NCBI GenBank assembly: GCA_973895155.1
Contig: OZ316893.1
Coordinates: 2,066,320 to 2,130,319 of the forward strand
Source of the DNA: Marsupella aquatica
Lineage: Eukaryota > Plantae > Marchantiophyta
DNA length: 64,000 nt
Reading direction: 5' to 3'
Positions within the stretch are counted from its first letter, which is position 1. Each line of letters begins with the position of its first letter. This document shows, piece by piece, positions 37,912-50,740 of the stretch. Below the pieces are notes generated by a model. The model worked only from the letters and a program-made list of their open reading frames with translations, had not been told where the DNA came from and did not search any database. Made by a program: the position numbers and the translations under genes.

Positions 37912-40900
37912 ATGGCGGGTGGGCAAGGAGCAACGCGGTTCAAGGATCTGGCGAGAGTAGCATCGGGGGTTTCTCTGGTGTTCAATGAAATGCTAGTAAG
38001 ATCGCCAGCCATTGGGAAGCTCAAAGCAGGAGATTTTGTGGGCTCTACCACCGCAACCCTAAAATACATGCAGAATTCAGTTGCTGACATAGCCGGACTG
38101 ACTCAAGGGGCCGTCCGTAGTCACATGCCTTCAAATCCTGCTTCGCAATTTGCAACAGCCACGGCTTCTTTTGATGATTCGCACTCTGACTCTTCTACTA
38201 AGGCTTCTTCTGGATCTGCCTATGCCGACAAATCCCAAATGAGATTGTCTCAACCTGAAGAATTGTTCCGCCCTGCCACATCTGTTTCGTCCTATGGTAG
38301 TCGGGACTCGGGCAGACCCAGTGAAGAAAAGATTGGCAACACAGGAACAGAGCCCCTAAAGGACGCATTATATGGAGCAACATGCATTTCTGGAAGAGAT
38401 GACTTTTCTCCCACTGTAGAGAAAGCAGTTTCGGGCGAGGCTACCGAGTCCAGACGCAATTCAGAGTCTGTTGGCCAAATACCCCTGGACGCTGGGGGAG
38501 TAGCGCACGAAGAAATTAAATCAGTCGGCGCCTCAGAGAGAGAGGCTGAAGGAGGAGCAGCTGCTGACTTGGAAGGGAGTCAGTCAGGAATTACCAAAGA
38601 GCCACCAATACCAGTAGTTAAGAAACGGAAGGTCAGAGAGAGGCGTGTGCCTTCTACTCCAATAGGCAGAGCAATGGGGTTCGTTTTTCCTTCTGTCTAC
38701 TCGGTTTGTTGTCAAGTCCGTGGGGTCAGCATCTGTCTTCCTTGTAGGTTTTTTGGGTCCCAATTTACCTAGCTTTGTCGTCGATCTACTTTTCTGGTTC
38801 CATATATACAATGTGATGAGTTGGTCGTTCAGGTCAGCGATTCTTCGTTACTGGGCCAGGGATTTTGAATTCAATTTACTTCAATTGTTGGTACTTTGCT
38901 TCATCCTCCCAGGCTTAGAAATTAATAGGATTCTCATAGGAGAGGAGTGTGGGTGGATTGTCGGGTCACTTGTATTCAAGCTTTTCGCCTGAAATGCATG
39001 AATGCATGACGTCGAGGGCAAAACATTTGATAAGCAACTGTGTCATTGCCAGCTTTGCAGGATTAGGAGCAGGTCTGGCATGGGGCACCGTTCAGGAATC
39101 TGCCAGAAGATTGTGGGGAGGACAGAAGGCCACTCCACCAGGCCAGTCTGTATTGTCACCATTTATGACGGAACAAAATTCAGAGCGCATTGCTGTTGCT
39201 CTTTGTCGAATGCGAGGAGCTGCACTCAAAGTTGGACAAATGCTTAGCATACAGGATGAATCTATGGTTCCTGCACCGGTACGGTAAAATGAATCTGTGC
39301 ACGTTTTCATCTGGTGTCAGAGTTTGGTTATAAGTAAACGTTTTAAAATTGACTTGGAACGTCAATTCTAACGAGCCTCCTTACATCAGTAGTTTATTGC
39401 TCCTTTACATGATGGAAGTAGACGCTCTCTAATCCACTCGACGACATATTAGCAAGGATTCCTCACTGCATTGAAGGTTTTGGAAGCTCATCGAGTGGCT
39501 TCGCAGATCTTGGCTGCACTTGAAAGTGTTCGGCAAGGAGCAGACGTGATGCCACGGAACCAATTAGATAAAGTCCTTGACAAGGAGCTCGGATCAGGCT
39601 GGGGAGAGCGCTTGGGGAGTTTTGACTATGAACCCATAGCAGCTGCAAGCATCGGCCAGGTACGTAGCTAATGACCGGCAAATGTCATTGGACTAGAACT
39701 CCCATCTTTCCGATTCTCTCTGTGTGTTCTCTCGAGAGTGATGATTCCCAATGGTCAATGTCTTCCTTCACCAAGCAAGGGTCTTGCTTCGAGTAAGACA
39801 TTTGGAACGTCACCCCTCATGAACTTGGTCTACCAAGATTTTAGAATATCGTTGCGCTACAAAATATCTGATGCTTTTCCCTTTCCTGTGTCGATGTCCG
39901 GGCACATTGTTAAGTTGCTCTAATGGTTTGCCCCTCTGTTGATTGGGGCAAGTTTCTACTTTGATCGGATTTGCCTTTTATGTGTGCCCTCAAATCTAGG
40001 GTAGCATGTTCCTCATTTGCTTACAGAAGTTCACTGATTTGTTTTGCACTGCTGGATTCACAACAGGTCCACAGAGCAGTTTTGAAGGATGGTCGTGAGG
40101 TGGCTATGAAAGTACAGTATCCAGGAGTAGCAGCCAGCATAAATAGTGACATTGACAACGTCAGATTACTTTTAGATTATACTAACCTTATCCCCAAGGG
40201 ACTTTACCTTGACCAGGCCATGGAGGTAAGAACTGCTCCTGTTTTCTGACATCCAGTCTTGTATAACCTGGTCAATAGGAATTAATTCGTTCGGATGTAT
40301 ACGTAATTGTTTGCTCACAGCTGTAATCATTTATTTCTGCGCAGGTGGCTAAAGAAGAACTTAGAAGGGAGTGCGACTACGGGCTTGAAGCAATTAATCA
40401 AAAAAGATTTAGAAAGTTTCTGCAGGATGAGAGAGGATTGTATGTCCCCCTTGTGATTGACGAATTTAGCACCAAGGGTGTCCTTACAACTGAACTTGTT
40501 AAAGGTGGGGGAGGCTGTTGTCTTGGAGGTCTTCGTGCATTCCTAGCAGAGCCTCCTTTCAATAGGGTGACGAATATCATGTGGCTGATGGGTATCTATG
40601 ACAAACACTTGCGCTCTTAATTCTTTCTCTGTCCTTCTACAGGAGTGCCAATTGATAAGGTAGCTAGCATGGATCAAAGTATTCGAAATCGAGTTGGGTC
40701 TCAGCTTCTGGACCTGACCCTTAGGGAGCTCTTTGTGTTCCGTTTTATGCAGGTGAGTTTCGCATGGGAAAAGGAAAGTCAGTCGAAATTATTTTTCAGA
40801 AAAGTCTTCTTCACATGTTACTATTGTTCAAAATAGGAGACGACTGCTACCCGATTTCGAACTTTGCACTGAAATAAAAATATACGATGGCGCTTTGCAG

Positions 40901-41701
40901 CTGATGATCTCTGTGGCTAACAAGGCACAAAGTTTGACGTTCTGCTCTTCTTCCCTCGGTGCAGACCGATCCGAACTGGGGAAATTTCCTGTACGAAGAA
41001 TCGACAAACACTATTAACCTCATCGATTTTGGTGCTGCACGGGGCTTCGCGACTCAGTTTGTGGACGATTACATGCAAATGGTTGATCACTCCATCCTTC
41101 TTAAGACGCTTTGTAACACTTTGGCCCTCCATTTCCGTCATGTTCATTCATCAGCTACCAGTAGAGAAAGTCCTGGAGTTAGCACTGGAACTGTATTTGC
41201 GTTGATCTGTTTCGCGGTGGCGAATGAGTGGTTCACAGTACTGTGGTGAAGATGGAGGATTCGCACCCGGTTTTAACCCGACTTTGTCATTTGTTCCAGG
41301 TGATTGCCTGCGCCAACAAAGATCGTGAGCAAATTATAGAAATGTCCACTCGACTTGGATTCTTAACAGGAGAGGAGGAAGAAGTTATGGTAGATGCTCA
41401 CACGGCGGCTGCTTATGCGACCGGAGAGCCTTTCTCAAAGCTCGGGGGTTACGATTTTCGCAACAGCAACTTGCCAAGACGAATTTCTGAGCTGGGTGCC
41501 ACCATGCTACGGCACAGGTTGACAGCACCTCCTGACGAAGTTTACAGCTTGCATCGAAAACTCTCCGGTGCCTTTCTGGCTTGTGTCAAATTGGGTGCCG
41601 TTGTACCCTGCCGCGAAATTTTACTGCAAACGTGTGAGAAAGCCAAACCTGCAGAATGGAGAACAGAAGCTGATGACCTCAGTAAGGCAGCCTCAGCCTG
41701 A
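37912..41701 (+). CDS. ABC1: ABC1/COQ8 (ADCK3/4-like) atypical kinase, probably mitochondrial, 8 coding exons
   Basis: [15 protein letters not shown]|[11 protein letters not shown]...[20 protein letters not shown]|...RQGADVMP...PIAAASIGQ|VHRA...[10 protein letters not shown]...|[11 protein letters not shown]|...[11 protein letters not shown]|[10 protein letters not shown]...LIDFGAAR|...[22 protein letters not shown]. The KxGQ motif and AAASIGQV loop are present. Confidence 0.95.
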
Positions 41702-42042
41702 TCTGTGTCGATGAAGGCTCTGCTCTTCTGATGGCCTTTGTTCATTCAACTTTATTTATTCACAAAAATGATTATGTGTGGTTGAGGTCTCTCTTCAATC
41801 TTTTGTTTACCAGGCTGATGTCCAGTCTGCCGCCATGAAAAGAATAAGTCGAGAACCTTTTTGCTCAGAGGCAGCTGCACCGCTAACCATGAAGACAGCG
41901 TTATCCTTCACCAAGTAAACTATCAATGGGGTTGGTTTCATTTGACCTGACTTAATGATTGATTCTTACATATAGAACCTAGGCTGAGCTGATTCCGTAA
42001 GATCATTATGTAGACGAGCATGTTTGAGTTAGAGTTGCGTTG

Positions 42043-42072
42043 AGTTGAGCTGAGCTGAGCTGAGCTGAGCTG
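42043..42072. repeat. (GAGCT)n microsatellite
   Basis: gagttgagctgagctgagctgagctgagctga; a shorter related tract lies at about 42762-42776. Confidence 0.8.
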
Positions 42073-45000
42073 ATACGATCTTGACCAATAACAGAGTAGC
42101 ACCAAGTCAGGTCATTTTGTAAGACTTATTAAGAGAGCCTAAGGAGGCGGTGGACCCACAGATGTTGGACCTACCAGTTGGAACTCATCCAGTCCTAGCT
42201 GCCAGAGAGCGGAAGTACTTACCAACTGCTGTGTTAAGGTGTCCCGGTGAATCAACCAAAGATACAGAAAGCGCACAACTGTTTCTCATTGTCCATCATC
42301 ATTTTCGCTAACAATGTGAGAAAATGTGGTGATACGTGTTGTCATGGAAATTGTGAACAAGATTCAGACCTTTCTTGCCCTTCTCCATAAAATAGGATAA
42401 GACACGGGAACTAGGCAAGGATGTGACGTCTATCATCCTTCGGACAGAATCAGAAGCTTAAGCATGCTCTGGTTTTACTGAAACCAAAACAGTGGAATAT
42501 TTGTTGAAAAGTGCGATGGAACTGTTTGGAGTTAATATGTGAACATTTGAGCCCCAGAGGTCTCTGTTCAATATTTTGTCTACTAGAATTATTCGAGTGA
42601 TATCCGCGTGGGCGCCGTGAGAAGAACATGCCTTAGACAATTTTCAGAGAGGCAGGTTGCAGTTGACTTGAACTAATTAGCTAATCAAGTCCTACAAATA
42701 GAACTCTGACTCAGCTGAGGTTATCGACGTAGACGAGAAGGTTTGACTTGAGTTTGGCTACGCTGAGCTGAGCTGATTGTGTTTTGTAATTTACTTTTCA
42801 ATTACGACACTGCCTCCGATAACTCTGCAAACGTCACGGGTGCAGAGTAGTTCACCTAATCTGATTTGCTACTTTAGTTGATTGCAGCAATTCCAGAGCT
42901 GCACCCTCGCTAAGCTTTTTGTGTTAGACCCAATCTAAGAGCCCTGTAACTATGGAGGCCACAATCATTACGAGTGAGGATGAACGCGTTCTATCAGATG
43001 TGCTTCGTATGCATCAAAGTGCGGCTAGGATTGGGGATATGTGGTTATGTGGCTGCATGAAACCCTTTCTAGTTTCACTGAGTGCAGTAAAAGGTCAACA
43101 GCTTAGGAGAAACGCACGTACAGGAAGAAGGCTGCCTCTGGTGAGGAGACTAGATCTAGAAATGGCGGCGAATACTTTTGACAAATCAAGTGAAGAGTCT
43201 AAAAATACTCAAGAAGAGGAAATTGCAATGCCTTCTGACCGTGCAATTGAAAGGTGGTAAGAAAAGCTGCTTCCCTGGAAATAGAGCCAAAAAGCTAGAA
43301 AGACATAAGAATCCCATGACAATGCGGTTCAAAAGCATTGGGCAAGGATCTGAAGCAGATGTCCTCACCAGATAACGCTGACAACACCATTGACTAGTAA
43401 GTGTCAAATGATGCTAGCTCTTGCAAAATAGTGAAACTATATTAGAACCAGTTTCTGCTCTTAATATTCAAAAGTAGATGATCTGCCAAAAGCGGTAAGA
43501 TTTTCTATTTTTAATTGCTTATTGGATGTATACATCATTTTCATCTTCAATAGCTGTGCCTGGCATGAGAGTCTTTGCATCCATAATTCCTTGAGTCCGA
43601 TAATGCTGGTGAGTTGCACAGAAATGTTGACGTGAGGCAAAGAAGTGCAAGTGATGCATAGAAATGTTGTTAGTTTAGTCATGTCATCATTTTGGTTGTG
43701 TTGTCTTTGCAGTTATGTTGTGGTTGCGGAAGTGTTGTCGTTTCGGTTGAGTAGTTGTGAAATGTTGTGATTTTGGTTCATGTTGCAAAAATGATGTTTT
43801 TGGAAAGCGCGGGCACTGGAGAGAGCGGGCTGGAAGATATGCTAAGGCAGTTGGAACATCATAGGGTCCAGGTGTGGTCCTCCTGTGCTACAAAGACTGT
43901 TGGAGCCGGGAATGGGAGTAAATGAAGAAGGAGTTCCATTAACTACGGCTGTGATTGAGATGGTGAGATCTGTGGTGAAATGCTTTGCAATTGAGATGAT
44001 GGTGAGCCTTGCATCGTTAAATAATCTATTGAATAAAAGACTCCTACTCACAAGTCGGCTTGCACACAAGTCTACCGTCAATCTGACTAAGGTTAGACTA
44101 ATGGTGGTTACATAGTGACTGTAGACCAGTAAAAGCCTGACACAATCTGCACTTAACTATGCCCACTAGTATTACAAAAGACACCATGACTTAGCCATTT
44201 GTACTTCAATCAGGAGGGACAAAAAGAAGTTTCACCATCTGTTTCATGTCCCCATAATTCTCAGGAGGCTCCATAGCTGTCTCAACCGATATTTGGCCAT
44301 TTAACTGGTGGCTCGCCTCCTATTTGGTCATGTATCGATAACTCTAACACCCTTCTTCAAATCTGATCATCAAATTCCTCTCAACAGAGCTAGTATGCTT
44401 TCATGACATTTCCTATCAGAAATCAAAGGCATGGCAGCATGGTTGAAACAACAGTCTTCTACAGTTACATTTCCTGCGCATGATTGGACCGTACCCAATA
44501 AGGCTACCAATTGAAGTCACTGAACAAAGAAGCAAAAAAAATACTGAAATGCGTGGTAAACTAAAAAACGTGGATGCAATTAATGAGGAGCATGCAAAAG
44601 AGAATTTTAGTCGTTGGGGCCTTCCAAGGCAAACTTTTCCTTGGTGAGCCCCATAAAACCTCCTGAAGAACATAGTAGGCCTTCTCTTCATATTTATACT
44701 TGAATATTAAATGATCTTTGTGCATAAAGTAACCCTGTTTACACTGGTTGTGACTGTTAAGCCCAAAAAGAGGGCTTTAGCCCAAGTTTGGAGGGGCTCC
44801 TATAAGACCCTGGTAACAAGCATAACCTCGTTTCACTGTATTCTAAATAAATCCTTTGACCAAATTTTGGTGAGTTCAATCCAAACTAGTTTCCTTTACA
44901 TCTGATTTCTAATTTTTTAGGCAGAAGCATGCTTAGTTCACCGAACACCTCTACATCTTCAGTTCCAAAGTTGAACCTTGCTTGCTTGGTGATTGGCACT

Positions 45001-45157
45001 TTCTTCAGATCACGTTGGAAACAGATTATTGGAGTTTTTAGTCCCGTACCCACCAAGACCTTGTTTAGTTCTAAATCTATCACTGAACATGAATTTTAGA
45101 TCATGAGGGCTCACAACTAAAGTTTATTCACTGAACTGAACTTTAGATCATGAGGGC

Positions 45158-47638
45158 TTACAACGATAAGTCGGAACATATCGTTGCTTTCTTACTGTCG
45201 AGAAGAGCTTCAGCTATGGGCTGCTTCTTGTGATATGCCCGGATTTTCCGATGTATCTCAATCTGTGCGACAATGGAAACTAGTCTCACTAGTGGGTATA
45301 GTAAAATTTCTTGGAGTGACTTGAGGATTGAATCGGCAGGCATGAACCCCCGTGCCAGGATAAGAAGAGCGGATCCCAGCACTGGGGTCATGGTCACGAT
45401 GGACGACCCTTCCTGCACGGCCTGCAGCGTGCGTTGTGCAACCTCCTCTGCCGAATGAGCTTGCTTTCGGTCGTATAAATTGACGTCCTTCATTAAAGCC
45501 TGGAGCTCGTCGGCCTTCTCAGCTGTGGATAACATTCAAGGACAGGAGTTGATAGTGAGAGACACAAGAGGATACGTGTCACAGAATATTGACTGACCAT
45601 TTCCATCAATTTCTCCAGAAATACCAATGACTAATCGGGTGACTAATCACCGTCTGTAAATTTCGAGTGAGAAGCGGAGGCCCTGATTTGATCATTCACC
45701 TGTACCTGTAGAGATTGCATTCAATCATTGCTTGCATCTACAGAATAACGCAGTAGGAAGTTCCATGGCCATCGCATTACTTGCTTCATTAGATGGACCT
45801 GAATGGCTAACGATGAACATAAGCAGATGTGTTTCACCGTCTAAGCATACACCCCCAATCAAATCTAAATTTCATGAGTGGCGCACCTTCATCAAGGAAC
45901 GGTGTTCGGACAAAGCCTGGGCATATCAAATTAACTTTAATGCTGTATGGAAGCAGCTCCAACCTCAGGCTCTCAGCAATACCCTTTAGCGCATGTTTGG
46001 TCGCGGTATAGACACTATTGCCATACATGAGAAACTGCGCAACGAAGAAGCCACAATTCTCTTTAGCGGCATCATGCAGGCCCCCCAAAATTGTGCAACA
46101 GTAATTGAATTCAAAGATATCTTTAGTAGACTCTTGAATGGGCGTATTAGAGCACACATGAAGAATGAAAGGTTGCATATAAAGTACGCTGGACCCGAAT
46201 CGATCTTGAGACAAACATGTGACAAGAGAGGCTTGATGCAAAGGCTCACACAAGACAAGATGGGCGGCGAGAAGAGAACTTGCAAAGGTAGATACCATAG
46301 TAGTAGTAGTAAATTCGAGCCAGCACGGAACTGCATATCTGGCAGAACGTGAGAATGTTTACCAGTGACGCAAGTGATCCAATGAGGACGATGGCCATAG
46401 GGTGCTCCGGACTGCGCTTCTTCATCAGAGGAAGCAAAGCATGCACGGAATAAATTACGCCCAAAATGTTCGTTCTTACGGTGAGCTCCAGATCTTCAAT
46501 AGCTACTTGGTCCAGATAACCACTCCGTGTCAAACCCGCATTACATATCAAAACGTCAATGGGTCTCCATGAAAACGACTCAAAAATTGTATCCGTCATT
46601 GCTTTGTAATCAGCTACATCTGCAACCTGCACATGACAATGGTAAGCGGTTCATCACCGTTGAATAAGAACGTCGACGTACTGTACTGCGCACTGCTACT
46701 GTAGAATTCCATGAATAGACGAGAAAGGTGGAGTGAGGACCTCAGCTGTTCCCCGAGTATGGTAATTCAGAGACCAAGTAACAAGTGGCGGAGGCTGCTA
46801 TGATCGATTCAGATCGCGCGCTTCTATAATCCTGACACTGGAGAATCTAGAAATACACTTCTAGATTTCATTAGAGTACTGTACGTTGTCAACCTAATCA
46901 AAAGCTGACAAGGTAAGGATGAAGCTGACAAGGTAAGGATGAAGCGTGCTGGTTCTCTACACAGCATGTAGCACGGCAATACGTACTGTTATCGAGGAGC
47001 AGCTCCAATGGAGAGATTCAACCACTGTCGACCCCAAGGCTTACTATAGTGCCATCTCGTGAACCGTGTGTGACCTCCAAACTGTTTTCAACCAATAATC
47101 TGACACCCATGTTCAACTTGAAGTTCCGAGCATGATTGTACCGAAGCAAGGGGTTGGGAGACGCCCAAATGCTTCAAAGCGTGCAGCCTCAAGAGGCTTC
47201 ACCCTCAAAACCATTCATTCACATCCAAAATAGCTATAGCCAAAGCTATTTGAAAGCCTCGAGATCTACAGTCTAAACCCACCTAAGATTTCAAAGGAAA
47301 CAGTTCAGGGCACTAAGCGAGGACCTTAGACTTGGGCAGAAGAAGTCACAGTCTTGCGCATGCACCTTCATTTCGATTCGATGGGAGCTATCAGCGACCT
47401 GTTTGGACAGGAAGGAAACAGCATCTTTTAGAGTAGCAGAGTTTCTTCCGGTCAAAGTCACGTACGCTCCTTCCGAAAGAGCTTGTTGCGCAAGAGCTAA
47501 CCCAATTCCACTAGACGCGCCCGTTATGAACACATGCTTCCCCTTCAACGACGCAATGTGCAGAGGCCGCTTCCAAAAGAAGCCGCCGGTATAGTAAAAT
47601 ATGGCTACGAGGATAACAAATCCTAGTATCAGATCCAT
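45158..47638 (-). CDS. 3-dehydrosphinganine reductase (TSC10/KDSR)-like SDR, 4 exons
   Basis: N-terminal TM segment, HVFITGASSGIG (TGxxxGxG), PIDVLICNAG, GSLAS, YTATK (YxxxK), CPGFVRTP, and a hydrophobic C-terminal exon. Approximate exons 47366-47638, 46363-46626, 45886-46034 and 45158-45523. Confidence 0.85.
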
Positions 47639-48539
47639 TTATTGCTCAGTTCCTCCCAGATTTCAAGGTTGTCGACCCCTCACTTGATGCAAGCCGTCGG
47701 CTCCTCGTTGCACAGTCAATCACCAGCTCCGGTAGTTGCCTAAGGGAATCGAAATTATAGTTGCCGATCGATCATACGTATGTTCAGAGTCTGAAATCTT
47801 TCTCAGGCCCTCATAGACAACGGCTACACATGCAGAAGTAAAAGCGCATCATTGATTAGAGGAATGTGGATAGTGCATTCCGGTTCTCAACCGTTCTCAC
47901 CCTTCACGCACCTGAACAGGACTCAGCACTAGTTTCAACTGATTCCCTCAGATCTTACAAAGCAACATCAACTGATACCTTAAGGTCGTTCAGATCCTCC
48001 GAGAAAGGACTCAACGAACCGAGTACTGTAGCTAGCTTCCTCGCTTCATATCGCCTCATCGACCGATGAAAACTGGCAACAATTCGAAATATATAGTAGA
48101 ACGGTATCCCAGCCCATTGCCTCTCGACATCGCCGCCCGCATTGGTAAGTTAAGTGCTCGTTAGGTGAGAAGCGTCACGTTCCAGGCAATTGCCAGCTGC
48201 CCCTCGCTACCAGGCAGGCAGGTGCAATGCCAGCAACATTCTAACGTCAAGGTGCACTGGCAGCAACGTTATACGGTGGTCAGCATCTCACAAGACAAGT
48301 GCGAGACTGCGAGAGCGAAACGCTATTATTGAGCTCCAGAAAACTCTCTCTCGTATGACGTCCATCTCGTCGGGTAATCATTCGTTAAAAGTGGTCGAAA
48401 CGATTGAAAAAAAGTAAATTTCCACTGCTGTTTGCATGGTTGTAGTGCTTCAAGTCGATTAAATTCTGTGGAACGACTTGTCGGTCGGGCGAATTGGATA
48501 GGTAGGGGCATAGAGTAACATCCTGTTCTTTGCTGAGGC

Positions 48540-48729
48540 TGAAGGCAAAAGCTCGCGTTCGATCAGGAAAGAGAGATTGAGGCAAATTGAAGGCAAAAGC
48601 TCGCGTTCAAAGAGAGGGAGATTGAGAGGCATATGGAAAGTGAAAGCTCGCGTTCAAGAAAGAGATATTTAAGCAAATTGGAGGCAGAAGCTCGAGTTCA
48701 AGAGAGAGGGATTGGGGCAAATTGAAGGC
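48540..48729. repeat. ~47-bp tandem repeat, 4 units
   Basis: Core aagctcgcgttc at about 48549, 48597, 48644 and 48688 (last copy aagctcgagttc), each followed by gagagatt...ggcaaattg-like sequence. Confidence 0.85.
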
Positions 48730-50740
48730 GATCGAAAGCTGATCGATCAGACGCACGAGACATTGGCAAATACATCACTCTGCTGTACACAGGCAGGTGT
48801 CATCGAAGGCAGTAGTAGGCCGAGACGCTCGAAGATGTCGGCCGCGTTTCCACCAGAAAGCGAGAGGACATTCATAATGGATCGAACTAAACCGATGGGA
48901 CTCTCTCTTCAACTGCCCCGTTCAGTCCTTCATCGCCACCGTCGCAATTCGAACTATCTCTTCAACAGCCGTTCGGTCTTCCGTCCGCTCCACAGTCGCA
49001 ATTCCTTAGCGATGGGACAATCTCTTCAACTGCCGTTCAGACAATCGTCAATACCACCGGCACCGTCGGTGGAAGAGCACGCGACTTAGTACTGCGCCGT
49101 CGGTTCCGACGGTCGTCCGTAGCAGTCGATTGCACCCACTATGCAACAAGTCTGGGTCACCAACTAACGAGAATTTACTCGACTATGGGGCTCTACCGCA
49201 GTGGCAGAGCGAAACACTTCGATTTCTTGCTTGTGCATGACACTTGCCTTTGGAAAATCATTTATTTCTTACATGTGTCGGTTGGCATTGGAAAATCATG
49301 TATGTCTTGCATGTGTCACTTGGCATTGGGAAACCATTTATTTCTCACCTACTGGAGTGCCTTCAGGTGAGCCTCGAGGACTCTGAACTCCTTATGGGCT
49401 TGTGAACCAAGTTAACCGCATGGAGGGTGACTCCCTTTACACTGTCACTCTCTCATACCTTCCCGCTTCCACAAGTTTTTTATCAGCAGACTTTGACTGA
49501 CTTTGACTTCAATTTCGGCCTTAATATAGAGCACAATAGGTTGTTTCTTGGATCAGTTAAAAGCGGAAAATCACTAAGAGCGCTAAAGTAAGACTCGTGA
49601 CTTTATTCGTTAAAGTAGGACGAAGAAAAATCATCTTGTGGAGCACTAAATGCGCTGTTCATTCGCTGGGTGTTCCGTTTAGCCGTTGTGGAATTTTCTG
49701 AGTTGCTGTCTTGTTTGTCAACTTCCATTTGCTTGCGTTCATAAGTTGTCCCGGCCAAACAATCCACAACCGCATATTGATAACAAATTCAGACTGAATT
49801 TGCACATAAAGTTCAGAAAGATAAGTCCTTCTGGGGTTTATGTCAATGATGAAACGCCCTGCTTGATATACTGGGGTATATATTAATAATGAAACTCCCC
49901 AATTAGATCAAGGGTTTAGGTTTCCTCCATTTTCAGAAACCCTTGATCTGATTGGGCTCAAAGAGGCATCTGTTCTTGCAATTGAGCAGAAGTAGAAAGC
50001 AATGGACGGACATCCCACGTCTTAGTGTTACCAGATCTAAGTGACTCATAGATAAACATGGAATCAAAAGAGCAATCAAAATGCATGTAAAATCTAGGTA
50101 GTATATAACTGGGAGGACACGGGGATTCCAAGCAATGCAATAAAGAAAAGGGAACGCCATTGAAAGCTGGGAACAGCATGGAGAAAACACAAAACCATCA
50201 CCACAAGATTCGCTCACAACAAAATAAGATATGCACCGGAAGGAAACCCATTCCTGTTCAGTCACCGTAATAGACAGCAATTCAGCCTTAGTCGTTATAT
50301 TGAAGCTACTCATGTGAGTACAATAGAAATGGGGCATCTGACTAATACTCAGATCCTTCATAATCTAAACGTCATTGATCAGAAAATGACGGTAAGCTTA
50401 TAGTTTATACCTTTCCGTGGGGTCTGGAAGGAAGGAACAAATAGTAATCTGATGAAAGACACATCCTTGAAGAATGATGATCATGCCCCAAAGTGGAAAG
50501 TTACTGCGAGGGAGGTCATTTTCAGTTTGAAAGATCGGAGCAACTAGCAGAGTGGTCAAAATACCCGCAACACAGATGCATCGAAAAACATCTTTGCGTG
50601 TCCAGGATACCAACTTCACTTTCTTTTTTGAGTTCCTCCGGAAGAACAAGTACTAGCACCAAAAGAGCACGTGATCCGGACCATCAAACTGATCTGCCAC
50701 AAACTTCTGCGTATAGGTGAAAAACAGGGTGTATGAGCTA

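Noticed and set aside
49187-49230. tRNA-Ala-like 5' half (ggggctctaccgcagtggcagagcg)
   Set aside because: No anticodon arm, no properly spaced B box and no acceptor 3' strand.
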